23,611 bases of DNA. Origin: Trichodelitschia bisporula (lineage: Eukaryota). Below the pieces are notes generated by a model. That model had not been told where the DNA came from. It saw only the letters and a list, made by a program, of their open reading frames with translations, and did no database searches. Below, piece by piece: positions 10,928-21,094 of the stretch (its first letter is position 1; the number at the start of each line of letters is the position of its first letter). The position numbers and the translations under genes are program-made. The stretch is from contig ML996713.1 in NCBI GenBank assembly GCA_010356995.1, positions 62,001 to 85,611 of the forward strand, in the 5' to 3' direction.

Positions 10928-13195
10928 TGTGGTGGTTGGAGTATGAACTCGATATGGATTCGAGGAAAGTGGGGATGGGAGGGTGGTTGGTTTTCGTTCA
11001 TGTCTGTGGGCATCTCTGTGACGAGGAGTTGAAAGGCGCTTTGTGCGGTGGTTTGGGGGATTTGGGTGGTAGGATCTTCGATGTTGGATTCTTTGTGGGT
11101 GAAGTCGAGATGCTTTGTATCCGCCGTGCGAGACCCACTCGACAAAGGAGGTCGACACGATCTTGGTCCATCGCCATAGTCGACAGTCACGACCTGAAGT
11201 CTCATGGAAGGTACCTCGACACGATGTCCCTCAGCCTCGCAGAGCCACAGCCCAATCCGGCGGTCCTTCTTCCTACCACGGCATGAATAGCGAACTACCG
11301 CGCGGTTACAATGGTTGCGCTTAGCTTACATTCTAGGAACAGACCAGATAAAGAGCACCCTCTCAACAAAGGAACGCCAGGCCCCATCTCACCCACAGCT
11401 ATTCCCGGCAACAGCTCCACTCCCCGAGCGGATTTCCCGAGACCCACTCCCGCACGCAAGGCAGCCGATCCAGGCAGCCGACCCGTCGATCACCCGCCGC
11501 CCGTTCCGATGCCAGCACTACGCGGGTTGCAGTGCAAATACCAAGCCATGCTCACTCGGGTAGAGCGGCAGAGCGGCAACTTTAGGCTCGTGTAGAGTGG
11601 ATCCCATTGTGTGCTGTTGAGTGGGGAAATGCGGGGCCGGGATGCACAACAGCTGTCGACATGCATTCGGCATACCTACATCGGGATTTTGAAACGCCAG
11701 GCTTAAAACCGCTGCCAGACAACGCCGTGTAACACTTCCCCACCCGAGCTGTCAAACCAGGTGCTAACTGCGGCAGCGTGACAGCACTACGCATGTGCCT
11801 AATCTCCATTGAGACATCGTTGCTAACATTGTCAAGCTCATCAAGCTCCCGCCAATGTCACACAACGTGGGGAAAGGAGTTGGCACTTACGTTCGACAAC
11901 GACACCCGACACACCCGAGCTGACATATAGTCGTCACCCACCGCATCCCCGGATCACAGACTCGAATGAGGCGCCGTCGCCGCTGCTTACCGACCCAACA
12001 TGGAACGCGGCTCCGTCTGATGTGAGTCGATGACGTAGACCGCTTGGAAATGCACCTCGCGTCGCACACGCGTGGCATATGACTTCGTCAGGTCCGGTGC
12101 TTACCGCCCTGAAACATTTCCAACATTTCACGTTCACATTTCCAATCTTTCACCACCTTCAACGGCCCAAGCCCGCCAACCCTTGGCCCTGCGGTCCAGC
12201 CTTGGTTGCATCACCACCGACAGACAGCTCGCCACCTTCCACGGCGCTTCCAGAACGTGGTTCAATCGTTCGTCACGCCATGGGACGAGTGGCAAGCGAT
12301 GACATGGCGAATCTCGGCGGCATGGGTTCCGCCGCCGCGTCGCTCAGTGGATGGCTTCTATAGCTTCTATGCCGAGATGTGATGGATGCAATGGAAGCTG
12401 GGCGTGTTCTTTGGGCGCAGGGATGCGGGGTCGGTCATGTGGCGAGGAGCCGGGTGCAGGGTCCAATGGACGGTGAACGTGCTGGCTGGTTTGGATGTCG
12501 GATGTCGGAGGCCGAAGATGAGTATGAAGATGGAAAGTCGTGATGATGAAAGCTGGTGTTTAGGAGCTTCAAGCGAAGTTGGGGGCGTTTGACTAACCGG
12601 AGCGATGACGTCGGGGAGTTGTTGTGGTGTTGTGGCGGATCGGGTGATGACCAAGCAACCGTTGAGATGGTGGGTTCGCGGTAATGAGGTGCTGCATAGT
12701 CCATACCATATTCGCGAAATGGCGAAGTTGTGTGTCGGAGACACTCGAGCGACATCAAACGACCGGATTGGTGGAGAAGATCATGAGATGTTCTTTGTTC
12801 CTGGAGCTGTCAATCGGAGCCCGCCGAACAACACATCTAGATCTACTGCTTTCGGTATCGGTACCGTACGGCGCTCGCCACTATCTACAGCCACGAGAGC
12901 TTCAGCGGGTGATATCGGGATCATTTTTTTTTATTGCGAAGACTTAGACACTCAGCAATCAGTCTGCTCAAAGAGTTGAGTGGCGGTTATCGCCTACTCG
13001 ACGTTGCGGACAACGGATCCTGAGCTTCAACCTTTCACGGGCGCCCAATCCCAGTATTCATACCATGCAATGCACCAGCTACTCACAGCTGTATCCTCAT
13101 TCCTCCCTCCCCGGAGCACCCTCCGCCAGGCATCTCCACCGCCAGCCGCTAACACCTCCAACTGCAACATATCTGCATCCCTCCTCCATCGCTCA

Positions 13196-13740
13196 ATGCC
13201 CGCTCCTGCCCCGCCCACGCCCCCCAACCGCCTAGATCTCGACCCGACCCCGCAGAACACCTTATCCACCCTGCCCCTCGAGCACGACATGCCAATACCT
13301 CACGCAGCCCGCATCAAGCTACCCTATAACCGCATATGCCCGTACCAAGCGCAGCCACGCCCAGCCTGCATTCTTATCGTGCACCCTGTCCGCCCGCGCG
13401 GTACGGAGCTGTGGGCTGGGTGAGGTCAGATGATATCGCGGCGCTAGTGCGGGTCGTGCTGCGTGCATGGGCTAGGGTGGACAGTTCCGAGGGCTGGGGG
13501 AGATGGGATCGGGGTGCGGTGCTTGCGGTACCCTGCGGTGGGGGGGAGATGGTGGGAAGGATGGTGAGGGCGGCGTGGGGGTGGGATGAGGATGGGAGCG
13601 GTGCCGGAGAGAGAGTTTTGTTTGATGATGGGAGGGGAGGAGATGTTGATGTTGGTGTTGGGGCGGAGACGGAGGATGGGTGCCAAGAGGGACACCTAAC
13701 CCGCGGGGAGATGGAGGCGTCACATGATTCAGGGACATGA
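13196..13740 (+). pseudogene. Possible frameshifted orphan gene
   Basis: ORF from ATG 13196 stops at TGA 13421 directly after a GGG run; the overlapping -1 frame continues VRSDDIAALVRVVLRAW... to 13740. It shows the C-rich-then-G-rich profile of the real genes here. No recognisable homology. Confidence 0.22.
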
Positions 13741-14544
13741 GGTTGAGGAGGCGGGAAAGAGATGATGGAAAAAGCATCATGTTGATCATCATACGCAGCA
13801 TTCAGTTCCCTTTTCAATAAGGTTATGCCCTCGAGCGAAGCGTGCAATGAGGCGTCTGGCCGAACATCGCATCACAGATCCAGCTGTACGGTTAGGCTAT
13901 CCTCGATTCTGACATCATGGAGGATGAGGTTCAGCAGCGAGAAGAGTATCACATAGAGTAAGTTCGCGGGCATCAATCTCTTTGCTTCTTGATCGATCTT
14001 GTCTTAATATACGGTAGCTAATAACCTTGAAGCAGACCGGACTATCGGCTTTCTCGAAGTTCCTCCACAATCTGAAGACTGCACCTCACATCACGATGTC
14101 AGATATTTGCTCCTTAGCCACTCATTCGAGCTGGAAAGCTCCTCAACGGCCTTGGATCGATATGGGTGAATGCCATTGCAGCAACCGTTGCATCGCTTCT
14201 ACGCGTATCCGAAACAGGCACCAAAAACCACTTCGGGCCGCCAGATCGCAGGCCAACGACCTCAGCATCCCCACCCCAACCCAAGAACTCAACACCTCCA
14301 AACCAGCCCATCTAAGCATAACATAAGCGCTTTTACTTCGCACACAGCGTCCTGCGACGGCGCGGCATCTCAACGTCTGGAGTCGCGTTTCAGGATCGCG
14401 ACATCCGCCTTGGTCTTTCCGAAACACTTCGTCCCGCAGCATCACCACCCCCCATACTAAAGCCTCCTACATCCCATCACCCGCCACCATGCCTGTTAGC
14501 ACCGATAGATCTGCCTCACGACGCCAGCCGTCCGTCCGCCCAAA

Positions 14545-15499
14545 ATGCTCCCGGGCGCCATCCTCGCGCTCGCTGCGCTTGCCCTCGCGCAAACGCCCGG
14601 CGACTTCCAGCCCAGCAGCCTCGTGAAGCTCGATATATCCTTCGGGAACATTGCCATCGACCCCGCAGGCACGCAACTGCAATCTCTCGACCGTGCGTCT
14701 CTCCCCCATACCAACCTCCCCGTACCCAACCCTCTAACACCCACCAGAAGCCGCAGCAGCGCCGGGCATCTCCCTCCCAGAATCCAACCTCCTCGGCCCC
14801 GACGGCAAGCCCGTCCCCTCGCGGCGCTACATGATCTTCATGATCGACACCGACGTCGTAAGCAACAACGTCGCAACCACCTTCCTGCACTGGTTCCAGC
14901 CGGACCTGCTCGCCGCCCCGGAGGCACCCGCCTCCGCCCCTCTCGCCGCAGGCGCCCAAGCCAACGGCCTGGCCAACTCCTCCTCCGCCCAATTCATGTC
15001 GCAATTTGGCCTTTCGAAAGCCATCCTCGCTGCCGCAGGTAGCACCGGCAGCGCAGCCACCGCCGCGCCCAAAACCTCCTACCTGCCCCCCTCCCCACCC
15101 CCCGGCCCGCCCCACCGCTACGTCCTCACCGTCTTCGCCCAGCCCGCCAACTTCTCCGTCCCCGCCTGCTACCAGAACGTCCTAACCGACGGGCGCGTAG
15201 CCGGCGGCGCCATCGGGGCCGCACCCGGCGGAGCCACCCCCGCAGCCGCCCGGGTGGGGTTTGACTTAAACCAGTTCCTCAGGGCGGCACGCGTGAATCC
15301 GCGGCCGGTTGCTGGGACGTATTTCCGCGCGCAGAATCCGCAGCCGGGGAGCTTGGCGGTTAGCGCGATGGCGACGGCGCTGGTGGATGCTAAGTGTGCG
15401 GGGGTTACTGTTGCGGGGATGGGGCCGCCGCCGGGGGGGATGGCGGGGGGGATGCCGAAGATGAGGAGGGTGGGTGTTCCTAAGAGGAGGGTAGGCTAG
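14545..15499 (+). CDS. Secreted phosphatidylethanolamine-binding protein (PEBP/RKIP/Tfs1 family), 299 aa, exons 14545-14692 and 14748-15499
   Basis: CAAAATG start and signal peptide MLPGAILALAALALA-QTP. Splicing joins ORFs 14545 and 14831 in frame (148+752=900 nt). PEBP motifs: YMIFMIDTDV (DPD-equivalent), FLHW, YLPPSPPPGPPHRYVLTVFAQP, RVGFDLNQF, PVAGTYF. Confidence 0.93.
14693..14747 (+). other. Spliceosomal intron (55 nt) of the PEBP gene
   Basis: GTGCGT donor, CTAAC branch site at 14734-14738, CAG acceptor at 14745-14747; removal restores the frame. Confidence 0.9.
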
Positions 15500-15673
15500 G
15501 GAGATTAGGTTTGGTGTAATGGTATGGCGTAATGGTATGGCGTTGGCTATGGCGGATGTTGAAGATGATGTGATGCGACTTGACGGCTCGGGGTTTAAGG
15601 TGAGGCATAGTGATGTCGTCTTTGGGTGGAGGAGATACACTTGGGACATGCCATGAAGGCAGATAGGGGTCGT

Positions 15674-15886
15674 TAATGGAGCATAGGCTTGATACGTGCA
15701 AAAGGTTGCGGTGTGAAGTGAAGGATTTGATGAAGATAACGAAGAGCAGAGTCAGAGAGGTGAAGCTCGAGACTAAATACATGATGATGCCAAGTATCCT
15801 CCTATGCTCCTTCCTCCTATCATGCGCACATTACTTCACGCCCCTTCTCACATAACTATGCTCCTTCTTGATATAGAAATGCTCCT
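15674..15886. repeat. Diverged direct repeat, copy 1 (partner at 23285-23482)
   Basis: Core 15798-15834 CCTCCTATGCTCCTTCCTCCTATCATGCGCACATTAC matches 23393-23429 at 34/37 nt. Collinear matches on both sides (TAATGGA, GAAGTG..TTTGATGAAG, CTCRAGACT, AATGCTCCT). Ends approximate. Confidence 0.8.
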
Positions 15887-16217
15887 TCCTCATGTCTACG
15901 TACATCAGTCAGCCCGGTGACAGTGCAATTACTAAGCGGCTCACCCGGAGAGCTGCGGCGAGATCTGAAACTCCCGCAGTGAGGTCGCTGCTAGGCATCG
16001 TGCGGTGCATTCAGTGGGAAGCCATGATGTTGATATGAAAGTGAATTGTGAAGCCTAAGTCCTGTGGCCGATAAATACATCCAATGCAAAACTCCAACGC
16101 AGACTTTGCACAAACTCAAGACCAAAAGCCCTCCCATTCTGATGTCCCAAAGACTAAATCTGACTAGAAAATGGTACCCGCGCCATGGCCTCCCACTTCC
16201 CAAAGAAAACCTAGAAA

Positions 16218-17678
16218 TCACCGTTCACCTTGCTTACGCTTTCCACCTGTGGGACTCCCTCCCCCCTTCTCACCCGTTCCACCTTGCTCACCCGTTCCAC
16301 CCTGCTCACCTGTCCCCCCTTACTCACCTTCCCCTTCTCTATCCGACTCACCCGCTCGTCCCCACTCATCTTCAGTCAACCGCCGCCGCAGTCTTCGTGG
16401 TACCTCCCCATCCCCCTCACCATCCGACGGCGAACGCGCCCGCCTCCGCCCAGCAACCGATCGATTCATTGTCATCGGTAGGGGCACACCGCCGCTCCCC
16501 ACATCCGTGCCGGCTGTCGCTCCACCGTGACCCCCATCCGCGCGCTGAGGCGGCGCGGAGGGCCAACCAAACATCTCTCTAGACATACCGAGCCGCCTAG
16601 TCACTTCATGCATATAAACCTCCCTAGTCCAAGGCCTATCAGGCATCGCCAACGTCATCTCCCGAGATCTCAGTTTTTTATGTCGGCCCACGCAGTATGT
16701 GAAACTGCTTCCGGCCGGCAGAGGTTAGAGCTGCGCTCGAGATTTCTGGCCCTTCTCAGCGCACACAGGGCACGGTAGAGTGCAATGTCCTCGATCGTGT
16801 TGTTGTATATGGGTGCAACGTGGCTGGTGTATGTGAGTCTGCGGCACTCATGGTCTGCCGACGAGAGGCGGTGTACTCCTGTACCGGAAGTACGGGCGTA
16901 AGGCAAGGGGTAGGCTGGAAGGGCAGCGCTCTACCAGGCAGTGGCGTCTCCCGCATACTGCCATCTTCAGACGGCGTGCTCCGCGCCTCCGGAGCCACGG
17001 AGCCGCGACGCTGCTGCTTGGAGCGCGTATTTTCCATGCGGAGCTCAGCAGTGCGCCGTGTAAGCCAAGCCAGCTGCTGTGCCCTCCGGGGCTGCCCCTG
17101 TGCAATGACTGTCTGCAGGTGTTCGGATTCGCCATCAGTTGATGGCACAAAGCCCACCTTGATGCTCGTTGGCGCAAAAAAGCCTCGCGCCTATTCTGGA
17201 TTAGTGAATTATGATCGGGGACCGGGGCAGGCGCCCGGCTGCTGGGCGTTAGTGTCTCCCGGATGCTGTGAGCTTCCGACGGGCGGTGGGTGCTCCCCGC
17301 GTTCACGACCAAGGGAGTGTTAGGTGGCGCCTTGGCCCCGGCCGTGATGTGCTCGTGAGCTTCATTATTGCTCGCCGGCATGCTTGGGGCGAGAGGCCGG
17401 GGGTAGGCTGTCCCGCGTAGAGGGGGCCGCCATGTGGGATTCACCCTCCCATTGAACACCGGGGAAGTACCACGCAAAGGGGTAGCGCGCGGAGCTGCTT
17501 CGCTGGACGGTGTCTGCTCCGGTACTCTGTGCGGCCTAAAGACGAGCGTAGTTATGTTTGGGTTGGGAGTCGAATCGTTGCTGGGACGAGGTGCGTCCCG
17601 TGCAGCACCATGCTGCAACGGGGAATCTCCTTCGGGCCGGCAGCAATTGCCGCGGGGGGGAGAGGGTGGAGGAGCCAT
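16218..17678 (-). pseudogene. Orphan gene paralogue A, broken over four overlapping ORFs plus a premature TAA
   Basis: Segments in ORFs 16848-17678, 16756-17157, 16670-16906 and 16320-16691 align collinearly with paralogue B: SEAAPR, AADSH/AADWH, EDIAL/EDHAL, AWAD/AWAE, FGWP, RRRARSPSD, SDREGE. Three -1 frame changes and readthrough of TAA 16320-16322 are needed to reach TGA 16218. Start uncertain. Confidence 0.7.
16269..16328. repeat. 18-nt tandem repeat, about 3.3 copies (GEQGGT on the minus strand)
   Basis: CTCACCCGTTCCACCTTG / CTCACCCGTTCCACCCTG / CTCACCTGTCCCCCCTTA / CTCACC. Confidence 0.8.
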
Positions 17679-17936
17679 CGAAAGTCTGAGATACGCTAGT
17701 TGGTGCTAGCGGCTTGGATGTTTTTGTTACAGTTATTGCTTCGAAGTGGGCCAAAAGGTTGGTTGAATAGATTCCTTTCCAAAGTGTCTTGATGAGACTG
17801 GCTGCTCGTGTGTCTTTGGAATAGGTGACTGTGGCTGTAGTGGGGGAGATGACTGTTGTTTTGGTGGAAGAGTTGACTATTGTTGGAGTTGAAGTGATGT
17901 GAATACAAAAGTAGCAGAGAGCGAGAGCTGGGGAGC

Positions 17937-17943
17937 TTATATA
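17937..17943 (-). promoter_or_regulatory. Candidate TATA box of paralogue A
   Basis: TATATAA on the minus strand followed by a CT/CA-rich leader, about 260 nt upstream of ATG 17678. Confidence 0.35.
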
Positions 17944-19090
17944 TCAATTGGATCGGAGAGTCGGGTGCCATTTCTGTGTCCACGCAAGGGACTTGTCGAT
18001 ATGACACGCTTGACGCCAATTTGGGTCCTAGTAGAGGACTTGCTGACGTGGAGCGAGCTTCCTCGGGGTCCTCCGTTCGATACTTCTACGGTAGTCCCGC
18101 TAAGATATCCAGTGCGGCCCATTTCACAAGATTTGGGCTTAAACAGCCCAGAGCTACTGACTGGACATTGCCCAGTGCTGCTGTATCCTGTCCGCACTGA
18201 TTTTCGGACCAATTAATTGACGGAGTTCGGCATCTATGGTGCCGTTGCATAGAGTGAAGGCTTGGTAGAGAAGTGAACCAAGTGATAGCCGGGACGCTAC
18301 GTGATGTCCAGGTACGTGTCGGCCTATGCGGCCGCATTAGTGAACCGGATCCGATGAGAATATATCTTCACCTTGGGCCTAGTGTTGGGCCAGATCCTTT
18401 CTGGCGTTCCAGCTGCATCTTTCCTATCCTAGGTGTCTTAACGCGCTATCCAAATAGAGGTCGTCTAGACCGGCGGTGTCTCGCTCGTTGAGGTCCATCG
18501 ACGGTCTCTGCAGAATCAAGCCATCGTGGTATATGTGGCAAGACCTGAATTTCATGGTCAGCTAAGTTCGGAGACATAATTCAAGTGCGGCGCAAAACCC
18601 ATCGTTTGCAGGTACGTTGTACATATCAACATCGTCGCTGTTGTTGACGCCCAACTTGCATGACTCTCCATGGGGAAGTGCGCCGATCCGCTTTCGCGCA
18701 TCCCCTAACCCACACAGCAAGCATTGCGGTACCCGCAACTTCCCGCCCCCCCCTGTCGTCTGAGGGTTCCTCAAGTTGCAGTAACGTGACCGGTTCCCGA
18801 ATCCTAAAGACGAAGATAAGGATCACGATCACGATGACGATCACGATTAAAGGCACCTTGCTATGGTTCGTCTGCACTGTACCTGTCTCCGAGAACAACA
18901 TCAAAACCGAAAACAAATACTCGCCTCAGGACATGGGTAGGTTGATGAACCGAATCTAAGGTAGAAGCGCTCGGCTCCTACATTAGGTCAGAGGTTTAAC
19001 AGCCTCCCACATCACCTGGTAGAAAAGCAAATTTGGCGAGGAGGGGGACACCCTCGCTATGGCCTCCCACTTCCCAAAGATAATCTGAAA

Positions 19091-20378
19091 TCATGCCTCA
19101 ACTTGCTCACGCTGGTGTTGAAAGACAGTGTCACAGACAGTGAACAGGAGCAAAAGCTAGGTTGAAGACGGGCCTCCGAAGAGGGCCGTGGTGCTAGCTA
19201 GCCTAAATACACTTCCAAAACGATGCCGCCTTCCTAGCTCCAGGGCGATGCTGCCTTAGTGATGTGGTAGACAAACCAGGAGCTGTTGCTCTAGCCGTGC
19301 AGCGTCATTGGTTCCTACTGCGCTACCGAGTATGCTTGCCATAACCTCTAAACATGTGCTCCACATCACACGGTATACACCTTCACCATTCCCTCCCCCT
19401 GTCCCACCCGCTCCACCTTCACCATCCGCTTCTCCTTCCCTATCCGAACCATCTAGCCGTTCCGTCTCATCTGCAGTTGACCGTCGCCGCTGGCATCTCG
19501 GTGCCTCTACATCCCCCTCGTTATCCGAAGGCGAACGTGCCCGCCTGCGCCCAGTAACCGGCGGACTCGCAGTCAAAGGCAGGGGCAAATTGCCGCTCCC
19601 CGCATCCGAGCCATCTGTCATTCCACTGCGGCCGTTACCAACGTCGCCTGCTCCTCTACCGCAACCCCCTCCGGGGCGCTGAGGCGGCGCGGGGGGCCAA
19701 CCGAAATGCTCTCGAGGTAAACCGAGCGACCCAGTCACATTATCCATATATTCTGCGCGAGCACTTGGCCAGTCCGGCTCCCTAAATCTGATTCCCACCA
19801 ACTCGGCCCACGCAGCCTCCCAATCATCCAAGGGCCGGGCGGTCGGAAAAGCTGAGAGACTGGCGCTCCTCAGTCCCGGCCCTTATCAAATAGTCCTCAG
19901 TCTCGGCCCTTCTCTGATAGTACAGGGCTAAGTGAAGCGCGTGATCCTCGGGCAAATAATCGTCTCGGGGTTCCACGGGGCTGGGTACATGCCAGTCCGC
20001 AGCGCGCGTTGCCGATTGCTGGTGCTGTTTCTGACCAAGTGTGGGGGGGAACCCAGGGACGGGAGTATAACGGATCCCTCCCGTCGTCGTGCCCACCGAA
20101 CTCTCGCGCCAGAAAGGAAAGCGCGGGGCCGCTTCGCTGGGCGCAGCTTGCTCTTGTACTGGACGCGACGGTAATGTAAGGGTAGTCAGCGTCAGGTTGA
20201 GCTCTACGTCGTCGTTGATTCGAGGTGTATCCCGCACAACCCCAGGCTGCGAGGGCGTGCTATCTAAGACGTTGCCTGCCGGCCGTGCACCAGTCGGAGT
20301 CCGCGGGCGGTAAAGGTCCTCCGCGTCGCTGTCGGAGGAGTCGGCATGCGACGGATCACGGGTGCTTTTTCCTCCCAT
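19091..20378 (-). pseudogene. Orphan gene paralogue B, with one +1 frameshift and a possible 267-nt terminal intron
   Basis: ACAATGG start at 20378. ORF 19824-20378 and ORF 19256-19831 are both homologous to paralogue A, and the frame changes within 19838-19862. Differences from A in the RRRARSPSD region are enriched for synonymous changes (CGG/CGC, GCG/GCA, CCG/CCT, CCA/CCG). TGA 19091 aligns with TGA 16218 of A. Confidence 0.68.
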
Positions 20379-21094
20379 TGTCCCTCTCGCCGGTCCGCGT
20401 GGGGCGGAGAGTGAAAGTGAGAAGCGGGAGGGCTCTGTATATGTTGCGTCTCCATATGTTGGCTGACACTGAAATCATCGTTAGGTCGCCACCACATACC
20501 CTACTCTAACGCAAGGCCTACGAGGAAAATTGTGGTCGTAGTCCGTACAGTTGCCCTGTTATGGCAGCTACCACCTTCTGGATGGCTGTGATGGCGACTT
20601 AACCACGATTTCCGCGTCGACAAACGTACGGTACAAGGCCATGACTGCAAAGAGTACGTTCGTCATGGATAGGAGCTTGCGCGAATCCTGGCTCCCAAAC
20701 GGCACGGAGATATAATATCACCGGAGCTAATGGTTTCGACACGACACATCGGTGAGGCAACGAGAACCATGGTTGAAGTCCAAACTATGGCGAATCACCT
20801 ACTGATGCCTACTGATACCTACGGTAGTAGGATTCGTCTGGCCTAGGTTCAACTATAATGGACATGACGCGTACGACAACGCCTCCACGGCGAACACTCC
20901 ACCAAGGCCGAACGGCAGAGAACCACAGACGTATTGGAGCTTGAATTCCAACCAACCCATTCCACACATAACCAGTCAAAGCAATTGAGAAATTTCCACC
21001 GCGGTCAAGTCTTCCCTCAAGTAACAGTCTCAAGCCCCCGTCTGTTCGTCACCCTTCGTCACATTCTCTTCAGTCGAGCAATCTCATCGGGAGC

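Noticed and set aside
10928..11158. 77-aa N-terminal extension of the 577-aa ORF
   Set aside because: Begins at a non-ATG codon and looks like a C/A-rich 5'UTR; ATG 10927 has a strong context and precedes the hydrophobic segment.
15480..15608. 42-aa minus ORF downstream of repeat copy 1
   Set aside because: Sits at about the expected distance from the repeat but has no similarity to the Cys/His gene and overlaps the PEBP 3' end.
18108..18166. Short inverted repeats (TGGGCT-TAAAC-AGCCCA; TCCAGT/ACTGGA)
   Set aside because: 6-bp stems are expected by chance; no tRNA or snoRNA motifs seen.
18821..18847. (GATCAC)n-like microsatellite, and a 13-nt duplication at 15516-15543
   Set aside because: Short simple repeats with no sign of function.
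16171..19682. Similar plus-strand ORFs 16171-16530 and 19308-19682 (GERARLRP)
   Set aside because: This antisense frame shares third codon positions with the minus-strand genes, so it appears conserved passively, and it hits TGA stops where minus-strand homology continues.
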